From the IMG/VR virus record IMGVR_UViG_3300045997_000112, positions 41,426 through 105,425 of that record: 64,000 nt of DNA, one strand, 5' to 3'. The stretch comes from a virus. Positions 27,601-36,819 of the stretch are shown in pieces (the stretch's first letter is position 1; each line of letters begins with the position of its first letter). The translations under genes were made by a program, and so were the position numbers. A model generated the notes under the pieces. The model was not told where the DNA came from and made no database searches. It saw only the letters and a program-made list of their open reading frames with translations.

Positions 27601-28374
27601 CTAGCTGAACATCCCCCGCCCGCCTCCGGACATCCCGAAAGCTTGGCGGTATTGCGCGTACTCTTCGACCGACATGGCCCGGATCTGCTCCGGTGTGAAC
27701 GACTGCTGCCCCGAGTAGTTGTCCAGTGGATCTGTGGCGGGAGGTGCGGTCACCCGCGCTCCCGTCGCCTCGCGCCGAACACTACCGGTCGCCTGGCGAG
27801 TCGCGTCAAGGATACGGGCACTGCGCTCCTTGAGTCCATTGATTGAGGCATCGATCTGCTCGGGTGTATCCCCGGCTACGAGGTCCAACAGCTCTGGCAG
27901 GATGTCATCGCGTGCCAAGTCGATCTGCTGGGCCCGGTATTGCTGCACGGTGGTGTACTGCCGCTCCTTCTCGAACAGGGCGAAGGCGCGCTCCCGCTCC
28001 TCCTGCTCCGCGCGCAGCTTCTGCTCCCACTCGACCTCCTTCTTGGCGAGGAGGGCACGCACGTCCATCTCCTCCTCCTCCTTGCGCCGGGCCTCCTCGG
28101 CCTCGCGCTGGGCGGCCTCCTGGGCCTGACGCTCTGCCTCCTCGCGGACCTTCCGAAGCTCGGCAACCTCTTCACGAAGCTTGGTGATCTCGGGGTAGAG
28201 CTTGTCCTTCTCCTGCTGACGGGCCTTGGTCACGTCCTCGCGGGTGAAGGTCTTGACGGGCTTGGGATCCGCTGGAGGCTCCTCCGTGGCTTCGAGCTGC
28301 AGCTCGGCCTGGAACTCCGGGGGAAGGGACTGGTCGTTCTGGGCGTCAAGCGCGGCCTGAAACTCTGGAGGCAT
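27601..28374 (-). CDS. capsid scaffolding protein
   Basis: Coiled coil; ARQQEKDKLY; C-term IRAMSVEEYAQYR; between portal and capsid. Confidence 0.85.
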   Translation of the reverse strand: MPPEFQAALDAQNDQSLPPEFQAELQLEATEEPPADPKPVKTFTREDVTKARQQEKDKLYPEITKLREEVAELRKVREEAERQAQEAAQREAEEARRKEEEEMDVRALLAKKEVEWEQKLRAEQEERERAFALFEKERQYTTVQQYRAQQIDLARDDILPELLDLVAGDTPEQIDASINGLKERSARILDATRQATGSVRREATGARVTAPPATDPLDNYSGQQSFTPEQIRAMSVEEYAQYRQAFGMSGGGRGMFS

Positions 28375-28445
28375 TAGTCATCCTTTGTCCGTTGGGTTTC
28401 TCCAAGGGAGACTATATGACCCAACATTGGGGATCGCCATACAGG

Positions 28446-30188
28446 TCAGGACGTGGCGCCGCGATCGTCCTGCCCCGGGGACTGCCGTGCAGGGAGCTTG
28501 GTTCCGTACGCCTTGGTGACCAGCGTGTTCCGAATGTTGGCCTCGGCCTCGAGATTGATCATGGCGGCCTGATCCTGGACGCCGTACGCCGGGTTGCCCA
28601 CCATGCCGTCGCCGAGCACGTCGCCGTCTCCGGTCATCGCCATCGTCGGGTCCAATGGCATAGCGGGGCCGCCTTCGAGCCCCGGCATCATCCCGGTGAT
28701 GTCCATGACCTCCTTCTGGATCTGCGTCTTGAGCAGGTCCAGGGCACCGTCGGCCAGGGCGTCGTCCATCATCTCCTTGCGGATCTCGTTCAGCTTCTGC
28801 TCGGGGAACTCCTCACCCAATGTTCGGAGCGCCCCCTCACGAGACTCGAGCCCCATCTGCATCTTCATCTGGATCTCGTTGAGGAGCACGAGCTTGTCCA
28901 GGGGCAGCGGCGGCGGGAAGTGCACGGTGGACTGGTAGGAGATCATGTCCGCCGGGTCGAGCTTCGGAACCTGGCCCTCCTCCAGTGGGAGGTCCCGAGT
29001 CGGATCCCAGACCAGGATCTCGGGCTCCTTCACCACCAGGGTGAGCAGGATCATCTCGTTGATGCGCTGCAGGCCCTCGGCGTACTGGGCGATCTTCTGC
29101 TGCCAGCGGTTCATCAATGGCTGGAACTGGATGCTCAGCGCCACGCCGGAGGTGTTGGAGATGGGCTGTGCCTGACCGAGTGCGGTCTCAGGGACGCCCA
29201 CCATCTCGTGCATGGAGCGCTTGATCATCTCCAGGTACTTCAGCGCGCCCTCGAGACCGGGCCCACCACCCTCAAGGTTGAAGACCTGGGCCTCCTTGGG
29301 GAGACCACCCCAGACCTTCTTGGCGCCCTTCTCCAGCTGGGACGCCTTGGCGCCGACGATGACCGTGATCGGCGCCGCGTGGTAGTTCACGATGTCGGCC
29401 ACGTCGGTGGCGACCTCGTTGTAGTGCATGTTCAGGTTGATGATGTCCTGGCAGTCGCTCAGACCCCACGGGCTGTTGGGCACCGGAATGTTGGGGATGT
29501 GCACCACCGGGATCCGACCCAAAGGATTCGGGCGGCTGTCGATCAGCTCGTCGTTGACGTACTCCTCGATCGCGTTCTCGGTGAGGATCTCGACGTAGGT
29601 GTAGACCGACCGGGTGCCCTGGGGGCTGGTGCCGTAGAAGCGGTACTTGATCTTGAACCGGATCAGCCGCGACCGATCGTGCGGGTGGTACTCCGGGAAG
29701 CAGTAGGCCGCGTTCAGCGGGAGCAGGCGCACCCGGCCGGGGTGGGTCATCCCGACCGAGTCCTCCCAGGCTTCCTCGTAGGCGATCTTCACGAAGCAGT
29801 CGCCCGAGACGGCACCCGAGGTGCCCATCTCGAAGAGCACCTTCATCTTGTCGTTGTCGGTCTCCCACACGCGCTTGAGCGCGTCGGGCACGATCGCGTC
29901 GGTCTCCTTGGGGCTGGAGAACTGCACGCCCCTGCCGAAGGTGAACCGGGTGATGAAGTCCGTGAAGGCCCGGTAGTAGTTGTAGGTGTTCTGACTCTCG
30001 CCGGTCTCCCGCCGGTACCCGAAGTGGTGGCCGAGGTACATCGACCAGTTCAGGCTGTACCGGTTGAGCCGGGGCCCGTGGATCTCGAACTCCTCATCGG
30101 CCAGCTCGACGAGCCCCAATGGTGAGATGGAGACCGTCAGGTCCTGAGAACCGGCCCTGAATGATGGAGACGCGAAGTCAATGGACAT
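28446..30188 (-). CDS. portal protein (SPP1 gp6-like)
   Basis: PNPLGRIPVVHIPN...WGLSD, NTSGVALSIQFQPL; position after terminase. Confidence 0.93.
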   Translation of the reverse strand: MSIDFASPSFRAGSQDLTVSISPLGLVELADEEFEIHGPRLNRYSLNWSMYLGHHFGYRRETGESQNTYNYYRAFTDFITRFTFGRGVQFSSPKETDAIVPDALKRVWETDNDKMKVLFEMGTSGAVSGDCFVKIAYEEAWEDSVGMTHPGRVRLLPLNAAYCFPEYHPHDRSRLIRFKIKYRFYGTSPQGTRSVYTYVEILTENAIEEYVNDELIDSRPNPLGRIPVVHIPNIPVPNSPWGLSDCQDIINLNMHYNEVATDVADIVNYHAAPITVIVGAKASQLEKGAKKVWGGLPKEAQVFNLEGGGPGLEGALKYLEMIKRSMHEMVGVPETALGQAQPISNTSGVALSIQFQPLMNRWQQKIAQYAEGLQRINEMILLTLVVKEPEILVWDPTRDLPLEEGQVPKLDPADMISYQSTVHFPPPLPLDKLVLLNEIQMKMQMGLESREGALRTLGEEFPEQKLNEIRKEMMDDALADGALDLLKTQIQKEVMDITGMMPGLEGGPAMPLDPTMAMTGDGDVLGDGMVGNPAYGVQDQAAMINLEAEANIRNTLVTKAYGTKLPARQSPGQDDRGATS

Positions 30189-30197
30189 GGCTGGAGG

Positions 30198-30569
30198 CTA
30201 CCGCTTCTTCTTGTGGGAGCGGCTGGGATTCTTGCGCCCGCTGGCCCTCTCGTCCTTCGTCTTCTTGTCCGCGTCGCCGCCGTCGTCCTTGGCCTTCTCG
30301 ATCTTCTGATGGGAGGCCAGCTTCTTGGCCCTCTCATCAGTGTCGTCGTCACCGGACTTGAACCGGCCGCCCATCTGCTTGTACTTGTCGTGGGCCCAGT
30401 GCGACGCAGCCGGGGATGGCCACTTGTGGAACTTGGCCTTCGCCTGCATGACGACGATGTTCCACAAGCGCGGATTGGTGGGCGTCAGCTCCTTGTGCTT
30501 CTGCCCCACACCGGTGACCCCCGGCTCCGGCTGGCGGATGGAGGAGTTCCGGGTGTTGACCATTGCCAT
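30198..30569 (-). CDS. basic hypothetical protein
   Basis: PTNPRLWN...AKAKF..WPSPAAS.W...YKQMGGRF; Lys-rich tail. Confidence 0.75.
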   Translation of the reverse strand: MAMVNTRNSSIRQPEPGVTGVGQKHKELTPTNPRLWNIVVMQAKAKFHKWPSPAASHWAHDKYKQMGGRFKSGDDDTDERAKKLASHQKIEKAKDDGGDADKKTKDERASGRKNPSRSHKKKR

Positions 30570-30583
30570 GGCCAACGCCCCTG

Positions 30584-30982
30584 TCAGTCGCGGACGACGT
30601 TGGGCGCGGCGCGGTGCAGGCGGGTCTCGGAACCCATCTCGAGCTCCCACTGCGGGGAGTCGTAGTTGGTGAACGACCCCTGCACGAACTCCCGCAGGAA
30701 CGTCGGGGCCTCGACCCAGGACGCCGAACCTGCGTGCGCGCGCTGCTTCATCGTCTCAGCCGGGGGCTTGATGAAGACCGGGGCGTTGCGGTTGGGGCGG
30801 CCGGGAGCCGGGGTCTCGCCCTGGCGGATGCCGGTCACGAAGTCGGCCGGGATGTCCGGGTCAGACCCGAGACCCTCCTGGAACAGGTGGGGACCCTCGT
30901 TGCCGGGGATGGACTCCCCGACCTTCTGGTCGAAGAAGGTGGGGGTGCGCTCGGGGAAGCTGGGGACCGGAGCGATGGCCAT
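30584..30982 (-). CDS. hypothetical virion-associated protein
   Basis: AAGGAG RBS; RAHAGSASWVEAPTFL motif. Confidence 0.8.
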   Translation of the reverse strand: MAIAPVPSFPERTPTFFDQKVGESIPGNEGPHLFQEGLGSDPDIPADFVTGIRQGETPAPGRPNRNAPVFIKPPAETMKQRAHAGSASWVEAPTFLREFVQGSFTNYDSPQWELEMGSETRLHRAAPNVVRD

Positions 30983-31014
30983 TTGGTACTCCTTGGACGT
31001 AGGGTCTCCGCCCC

Positions 31015-31043
31015 ATTCTGGCGCAGACGACTGGATGTGTCAG
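31015..31043 (-). promoter_or_regulatory. sigmaA-like promoter CTGACA-N17-CAGAAT
   Basis: -35 at 31038-31043, -10 at 31015-31020; CCAACCTTGG immediately upstream. Confidence 0.45.
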
Positions 31044-31192
31044 CCCTTAGCCCCAACCTTGGCAGCAGCGATGCACTCCTCGCAGAGCCGACCCGCGTGT
31101 TTCTGGTCGATATCGACGTACCCGCACGCGGGCCACTTGCCGCACGACCTGCAGAACGCCGACCTGGATGGTTGGTTCACCACTGCCTGCAT
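31040..31192 (-). CDS. small zinc-finger protein (50 aa)
   Basis: Below ORF-track cutoff; MQAVVNQPSRSAFCRSCGK...LCEECIAAAK; GAGGAGAG RBS. Confidence 0.65.
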   Translation of the reverse strand: MQAVVNQPSRSAFCRSCGKWPACGYVDIDQKHAGRLCEECIAAAKVGAKG

Positions 31193-31201
31193 CGTCTCTC
31201 C

Positions 31202-33538
31202 TCAGCTGAACCATGGGGCGACGGATACGTCCACATGGGGGATGTGCATCTCGGCGGTGCAGTAGGCCGCGATGGCCAGACTGTCCACGAAGTCGTCGTG
31301 GGCCCCGGTCTCATTGGGGGCCTCCACGGTGAAGTACTGCCCGGAGAACTTCTTCTCCGCGTCGAGCATCTGCTGCATGAAGCGCTGGTACACCTTCAGC
31401 CGCCGGGTCTTCGCGTGCGCGGGCCATCCGATAGAGCGTCGCTGGATGAGGGAGGTGAGGTGCTTCCAGCGCTTGGCCTGCTCCGCCTGGTTGGAGCCGA
31501 AGGACAGCACCTCCGAGCGGGGGAGCAGGAGCTTGAGGCGCTGGGCCACCGCATCGCCGACACCCGTGGAGTCCACGCCCACGGCAAGCACGTCGTAGGG
31601 CGCGAGGAAGTTCACGATCTGGAAGTACTGCTCCTCCCAGTCGTCACCCTGGATCTCGAGCCAGTTCAGGACCCGGTGGTCGAAGAAGCCGAACTCATCC
31701 GGGGCGTCCCAGTTCACCCACAGGACGGTCACCACTGTTGAGTCAACCTTGCGCGCGGGGTCCACGCCCACCACGACCGGGCTCTGGTTCCAACCCCGGA
31801 CGATCTGCTGGCTGGTGTCGCCCAGCGACTCGAAGGCCGACTGGCTGATGAACATGCCCCGGTCGAGCATCCACTTGCAGTTGTGAGAGGCGAGACCCTC
31901 GGCTATGAAGGTCTTGGTGGTGGTCTCCAGGGCGACCAGCTCGATCTCGCCCACGAACTCCTTCGACACGACGAGTGGGTGCTCAAAGCGCTGCGACACG
32001 TGGTCGTGCCTGCCGATGGACCCTAGGAGGTCGATGTTCAACTTGTCCAGCAGACGCTGCGGCCTGATCTGGCCGAGAAAGCGGAGAGCACCGGCGCGAC
32101 CGCCTGCGACAAACACGTTGTGGACGTCACCGTTGGTGCCGTTCGGCTTCACGCGGTCCCACGTCGGCACACCCTTGGCGGCGAGGTGCTCGCGCACATC
32201 GGCCAGCATGAGGTTGTCCTTCTGGGAGAACCCGATGACGGTCTGCCCCTTGCGCTGGAGGAAGTGGCCCTCCCCGTCGAACGCCGCCGCGAGGTACCCG
32301 GTCTCGTAGTCGTGGTCGTGTCCCCACACATCGACCAACTTGAAGATACGGTCGGTGGTGAGCAGGTCCTCGGTGGTCTTCCACTCGGTGCGCCTCCCAG
32401 CGGTGGAGACCAACCAGAGGTGTCCGCTGGATGACGTGACCTCGGTTCCGTCGTCCAACGTCACCTGGTAACTTGGCCGGATCACGCGAGCGGTGCTCGT
32501 CACGACCGACTCCCGAAACTGCCGATGGGCCCCCTTCTCGGGGCGCTCTTCGTCGAACCCAACGAGCCTGTCACCCACGACGAGGTCACCAGCAGGTACG
32601 TATCGTAGGTCAGCGGTCAGGACTCGGGTCTCAGCCACTACGCAATTGTAGGACATCTGGAACTCGTCCGAGTCCTCGCCCAGCTGCAGCATCTCCTTGC
32701 GGATGTACTTCTTGTAGTTGGGGTTGACCTTCACCACGTCCCGCCAGTTCCACTCGAAGTGGTTCCTGCGGCTGGCCTTGGCCACGGCGGTGCGCTTGTT
32801 GATCTGGATGCTCTTGTAGAAGTTGTTCTTCTTGGTGGTTGGCGTCCCGGTCTTCACCATGGTGGCGTTGTAGTAAGCGCCCATCGGGGAGATCGACTTG
32901 GAGACGATCAGGTCGTCGGCGTCCTGACACTCGTCGATGATGATCAGGTGGAACGACTTCGACTCAATCTTGGCGCGCGGGTTGGCGGTCATCATCATGA
33001 GCACCGAGCCGGACCTCTTGAGCTGCACGCCCCGGGTGACGCCCGGGTTCTTGGCCGTCACGTCGTCGATCTCCGGGTCCCCGAGAATCTCGAGGGCCCG
33101 CTCCGAGCTGAGCCGGGTGACCGTGCGGCCGAACAGCGTCTCGGCCTGGGCCTCGATCGGGGCGAACATGCCGACCCAAAAGCCAGTGGCGAACTTGCCG
33201 AGGAGGTCCGGGTAGATCTTGGCCAGCCTCGGGAGGAGCACCATGAGCGCAGCGACCACGTTGGCCAGGATCTCGCTCTTGCCCGACTGCCGGGCCGCCA
33301 GAGCGGTGAGGAGGCTCCCATCATTGATGACGACCGAGCGGATGATGCGCCGGGCGAACGGGACCTGGTAGGCGTGCAGCTGGTGCCCGGCCAGCAGGTA
33401 GGTGAAGGCGAGGATCTTGTCGATGAGGTCTTCGACGAACTCTTCGGAGAACTCGTCCAGATCCTCTTCGGAGGAGAATCCCTCACCCTCCTGGATGGTG
33501 GCCTCTTGGTCCGCGTCAAGAACGAGGGTCTCATCCAC
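31202..33538 (-). CDS. terL: terminase large subunit (intein-containing)
   Basis: Walker A AARQSGKSE, Walker B IIIDECQD, TGTP, nuclease VGVDPAR and HDDFVDSLA. Confidence 0.95.
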   Translation of the reverse strand: MDETLVLDADQEATIQEGEGFSSEEDLDEFSEEFVEDLIDKILAFTYLLAGHQLHAYQVPFARRIIRSVVINDGSLLTALAARQSGKSEILANVVAALMVLLPRLAKIYPDLLGKFATGFWVGMFAPIEAQAETLFGRTVTRLSSERALEILGDPEIDDVTAKNPGVTRGVQLKRSGSVLMMMTANPRAKIESKSFHLIIIDECQDADDLIVSKSISPMGAYYNATMVKTGTPTTKKNNFYKSIQINKRTAVAKASRRNHFEWNWRDVVKVNPNYKKYIRKEMLQLGEDSDEFQMSYNCVVAETRVLTADLRYVPAGDLVVGDRLVGFDEERPEKGAHRQFRESVVTSTARVIRPSYQVTLDDGTEVTSSSGHLWLVSTAGRRTEWKTTEDLLTTDRIFKLVDVWGHDHDYETGYLAAAFDGEGHFLQRKGQTVIGFSQKDNLMLADVREHLAAKGVPTWDRVKPNGTNGDVHNVFVAGGRAGALRFLGQIRPQRLLDKLNIDLLGSIGRHDHVSQRFEHPLVVSKEFVGEIELVALETTTKTFIAEGLASHNCKWMLDRGMFISQSAFESLGDTSQQIVRGWNQSPVVVGVDPARKVDSTVVTVLWVNWDAPDEFGFFDHRVLNWLEIQGDDWEEQYFQIVNFLAPYDVLAVGVDSTGVGDAVAQRLKLLLPRSEVLSFGSNQAEQAKRWKHLTSLIQRRSIGWPAHAKTRRLKVYQRFMQQMLDAEKKFSGQYFTVEAPNETGAHDDFVDSLAIAAYCTAEMHIPHVDVSVAPWFS
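31880..32644 (-). mobile_element. intein (255 aa) with LAGLIDADG-type endonuclease domain in terL
   Basis: N-junction SYN|CVVAETRVLTAD, block B SSGHLWL, GYLAAAFDGEG, C-junction TFIAEGLASHN|C. Confidence 0.92.
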
Positions 33539-33737
33539 GGGCCTTGACCTCCCTCACGATCACCACGAGCACCTCCGAGTAGAACTCGGCCTCGTCAACA
33601 TTGCCTGATCGAAGGTTACGGCTAACCGAGCTCATTGCACTCTGGGCAGAATCCAGAAGGTCCGAAGTCGACAATTTCTTCGCACGCCTCGCAGCGACGT
33701 CGTGTGTGACCTTCAGCGGCTTCTTCCTCCACCACAT
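33531..33737 (-). CDS. hypothetical protein upstream of terL
   Basis: GGAGGA RBS; stop overlaps terL start. Confidence 0.6.
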   Translation of the reverse strand: MWWRKKPLKVTHDVAARRAKKLSTSDLLDSAQSAMSSVSRNLRSGNVDEAEFYSEVLVVIVREVKARG

Positions 33738-34023
33738 CGAAATCCTCCTCCGCCTGCTCCCGGCTGTAGTCCCTCGTGGGCGTGTACCCGATCAGCGCCC
33801 CACTGAGTGCGCGATCCATGGCCACATCCTCGGGCAGGCGGGGACCCCACCAGCCGAGGACGAAACCGTGGCGAAGCTTGGGCAAGCGGAAGACGAGAGG
33901 GCGGGACACCCGATACGGCCAGGTGACCTCCTGGGTCTTGCCCCGATCGATCAGCGGGAAGTCCGTGCTGGGGTAGCTGAACTTGTGCGTGAACAGCCGT
34001 CCAATGTTGTGGACCTCGGGCAC
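33622..34023 (-). CDS. hypothetical protein
   Basis: GTG overlapping upstream TAG; TQEVTWPYRVSRPLVFRLP motif; C-terminal CxxC...CxxC. Confidence 0.65.
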   Translation of the reverse strand: MPEVHNIGRLFTHKFSYPSTDFPLIDRGKTQEVTWPYRVSRPLVFRLPKLRHGFVLGWWGPRLPEDVAMDRALSGALIGYTPTRDYSREQAEEDFDVVEEEAAEGHTRRRCEACEEIVDFGPSGFCPECNELG

Positions 34024-34790
34024 TAGCTGACCCTTCGCCTCCGAGTCTGGCGAGGCACCTGAACAGTGCGCTTGCCGGACGCCCGTGGACGCTGCTTGTG
34101 CAGAGTCTTCTGGGCAACTCTAGCGGCCTTGTGAATGGATTGCTTTTGAGGCACGGAGCCAGCGTTGGCAATGCCACGCGTGTGACTGTCCAGGAACGTC
34201 CGGATGAACCGCCCCTTGGACGGTGCGGCCTTGAACGCCTGCCACGTCGTCACCGCCACGTCGTAGTAGTTGTAGAAGGTGCCGTCCCGGAAGATCACCG
34301 TCAGCTTGCCGTCCGACTGGCTGCCCGGGTTGAGGGTGTAGCCCGCCGCCACTGTTCGCGGCCGATCGGGATTGATGGTGGACGTGGGTGCGATCGAGAT
34401 GGGCGCCGGAGTCTCATCGACCGGGGCCGTGCCCGTCCAGGTGGCGGGCCCGGTGTCCGGGTTGTACTCCATGTTGTTGGCGTCGTAGTCGTCGCCGATG
34501 GTCACGTAGTCGGTCATGCCCTGCCGGTCGAGGCCCAACTCGAACGGGGTGGTGCGCGTGCCATCGGCATAGGTGTCGAACACCTGAGCGGTGTGCAGGT
34601 CCTGCAGCACCTGGGAGCCGTAGGACTTCTCGGGAGTGACCTTCTCGTTGGGGAAGAACTGCGCCTTGGAGACCTTGCCACCAGCTTGGCGCGCCTGCGC
34701 CTGCTTGAACGTCTCCCCACCGGGGGTGACACGCATACCGGGGCCCACATTGCGGGCCCCGGTCGGCGTGAAGGTGGCCTTGCGGGCCAT
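34023..34790 (-). CDS. KTSC domain protein
   Basis: KLTVIFRDGTFYNYYDV...WQAFKAAPSKGRFIR; ATG at 34790 with AGGAG RBS. Confidence 0.85.
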   Translation of the reverse strand: MARKATFTPTGARNVGPGMRVTPGGETFKQAQARQAGGKVSKAQFFPNEKVTPEKSYGSQVLQDLHTAQVFDTYADGTRTTPFELGLDRQGMTDYVTIGDDYDANNMEYNPDTGPATWTGTAPVDETPAPISIAPTSTINPDRPRTVAAGYTLNPGSQSDGKLTVIFRDGTFYNYYDVAVTTWQAFKAAPSKGRFIRTFLDSHTRGIANAGSVPQKQSIHKAARVAQKTLHKQRPRASGKRTVQVPRQTRRRRVS

Positions 34791-34798
34791 CGGTACTC

Positions 34799-36088
34799 CT
34801 AGATCTCGGGAATGTCTTCCTTGATCTCGGCGTCGGAGTTGCCATCCCCGAGAACCAGGTTCCCACCGTCGTAGAGACCGAACGGCTTGATGTCCTGGAC
34901 AGGAGCGACCGCCCCACCCTTGAGATCGCCGGTCAGGCCGACGTCCTTGGCGATCGCAGACTCGGTCACGCCCGTGAGGTACACCGCTGCATCCCCGGCC
35001 TTGTTGAGGACCACAGCGTCGGGCCGGGCGTCCAGGGTCTCGTAGAACGCGGCGATGAGCGCGCTGACCGCCGAGGGATGGACGGTTCCCGGCTTGGCCG
35101 GGAACTGCGGAGAATCCGTTGTTCCAGTCCCGATCACGGCAGCCGTCTTGCCCTTGACGTACATCTGCTCGAACTTGGCCGCCCACTCCGCGTCCGTGTC
35201 GCACTTCTTCAGCGGAACCGCACCACTGACGAAGGTGGCATCCGTCGGGAGGAGACGCTTGGCCGCACCCGCCACCACAGCTTCATCCCACGATCCGAAA
35301 TTGGACGGGTCTGCCGGGAGGGTAACGGCCACCGAACGCGCCCCGACAGCGGTGAAGCTCTTGGTCGCCGCCGCCTCGTAGTCGAACGAGGGACCCTGCG
35401 GCGCCCAGACCTTATCCCAGTCGTCCAGGTTCTCCTTGACGACCGGGGGGTACGCCTTGAACTGCGGGAGGGTGCGGTTGGCGGTCCCGTCCTTGATGGG
35501 ATCCCCGGCAGTGGTGACGATCCAGTAGAGCCCGGTGGAGAGCTCGAAGAACGCGTCGTTCAGCTCCAGGTTCCGATCTCCGATGGCAGGCATCTGCGCG
35601 ATCTTGTGACCGACTCCGCTCTCGGTGGGAACTTGACCCTCCCGAACAACCCCGGACACCGTGTCGATGAATGGCACGTACGCCGTGTTCACGGCGGGCT
35701 TGAGCACGCGCTCCTTGGACTTCGCCACCGTCGCCACCGGGAAGTTGAGCACCGTGGCGAGAACGTTCACCAGCGCGGGATCGACTCCGTCCTTGGAGGG
35801 GAAGGACACGACCGCGTTGCCGACGATCGAGGGGCCATCAGCTGCGACAACCGCTGTCGGAGCCGCGACGGCCTTGCCGTCCTCATCCAGGATCTGACCC
35901 GTCGCGGTAACTTCCATGAGCTGGCCGAGAAGAGCAACGTCGGCGAGCTCCAGGTTGTCGTCGTCCACGAGGTCTGCCCCGGTGGCGTCCGCGCGCGCTT
36001 CGACCTTGGTCTCGAGCTCGTCGGCGGTGTCGGTGGCATCGGCACCGGCGTCCAGAGGAAGCTCGCCGCCACGCTTGGTCTGTGCCAT
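34799..36088 (-). CDS. hypothetical structural protein (possible divergent capsid fold)
   Basis: AAGGAG RBS; VREGQVPTES..HKIA, PDAVVLN, GNLVLGD fragments. Confidence 0.7.
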   Translation of the reverse strand: MAQTKRGGELPLDAGADATDTADELETKVEARADATGADLVDDDNLELADVALLGQLMEVTATGQILDEDGKAVAAPTAVVAADGPSIVGNAVVSFPSKDGVDPALVNVLATVLNFPVATVAKSKERVLKPAVNTAYVPFIDTVSGVVREGQVPTESGVGHKIAQMPAIGDRNLELNDAFFELSTGLYWIVTTAGDPIKDGTANRTLPQFKAYPPVVKENLDDWDKVWAPQGPSFDYEAAATKSFTAVGARSVAVTLPADPSNFGSWDEAVVAGAAKRLLPTDATFVSGAVPLKKCDTDAEWAAKFEQMYVKGKTAAVIGTGTTDSPQFPAKPGTVHPSAVSALIAAFYETLDARPDAVVLNKAGDAAVYLTGVTESAIAKDVGLTGDLKGGAVAPVQDIKPFGLYDGGNLVLGDGNSDAEIKEDIPEI

Positions 36089-36129
36089 GTCAGTCTCCTT
36101 GTTGAGGCGTTCTGCCGCTCATTGTTTCG

Positions 36130-36396
36130 TCAGTCGTCGTCATCTGTCTCGGCTAACCCACAATCATGGAAGGGGATCTCCGTCTCAGCGACGACCTCTC
36201 CACAGGAGTCACAGGAGAACAGCGGCACGCCCTTCATGCCGTTCTGCACCGTGGCCCCCGGAGGGAACCCCTCAGGTTGCGCGGGCGCCATGCGCTCTGG
36301 CCTATGGAATAGCTGGGGCTCCCAGGGAACCCCGGCCGACCCGATCACCTTGGGTACCGGGTGGGCCTGCACCGTCTGGATCCGCTGGAGTCCCAT
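36130..36396 (-). CDS. hypothetical protein with Zn-binding motif
   Basis: CDSC...HDC. Confidence 0.7.
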   Translation of the reverse strand: MGLQRIQTVQAHPVPKVIGSAGVPWEPQLFHRPERMAPAQPEGFPPGATVQNGMKGVPLFSCDSCGEVVAETEIPFHDCGLAETDDDD

Positions 36397-36578
36397 CAGG
36401 ACTTGGTCACCGCCCCATCATTGGAGATGTTGCGATCACCATACGTGGCGGGCATCTCGAACTGTGGCGGAGGTGTGCCCACGTCCTGGGAGTCCTTGAG
36501 CTCGTGCACCCGGTAGCGCAGTGGATCCTCGCGGCCCCGCATCTCGGCCGCGTACGTCAGGAACTCAGCCCACTTCAT
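36396..36578 (-). CDS. hypothetical protein
   Basis: MKWAEFLTYAAEMRGREDPLRY; GGAGG RBS. Confidence 0.65.
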   Translation of the reverse strand: MKWAEFLTYAAEMRGREDPLRYRVHELKDSQDVGTPPPQFEMPATYGDRNISNDGAVTKS

Positions 36579-36819
36579 CCAGGGCCTCCGGTTCAGGCTC
36601 AGGATCGGGAGCCTTCTTGAGCACGCGGTCCATCCGGTACACCTCCACACCCGCCCACACCCCAAGGATGACCAGTCCCGCGCCAATGAGCGCGGCCGGA
36701 GCCGCACCGTTGACGGCGTCCTGCTTGTAGACGTAGGCACCCCCGAGCATGAGGAGCACTGCGAGCACCAATACCGGCAGGCTGCGGAGCCACCTCCAGC
36801 CTTCCTCGGAAATGGTCAT
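36565..36819 (-). CDS. two-TM membrane protein, holin candidate
   Basis: Two hydrophobic helices and charged C-tail. Confidence 0.55.
   Translation of the reverse strand: MTISEEGWRWLRSLPVLVLAVLLMLGGAYVYKQDAVNGAAPAALIGAGLVILGVWAGVEVYRMDRVLKKAPDPEPEPEALDEVG

Noticed and set aside
33531-34023. Small terminase subunit assignment
   Set aside because: Position is suggestive but no recognisable motif; left as hypothetical
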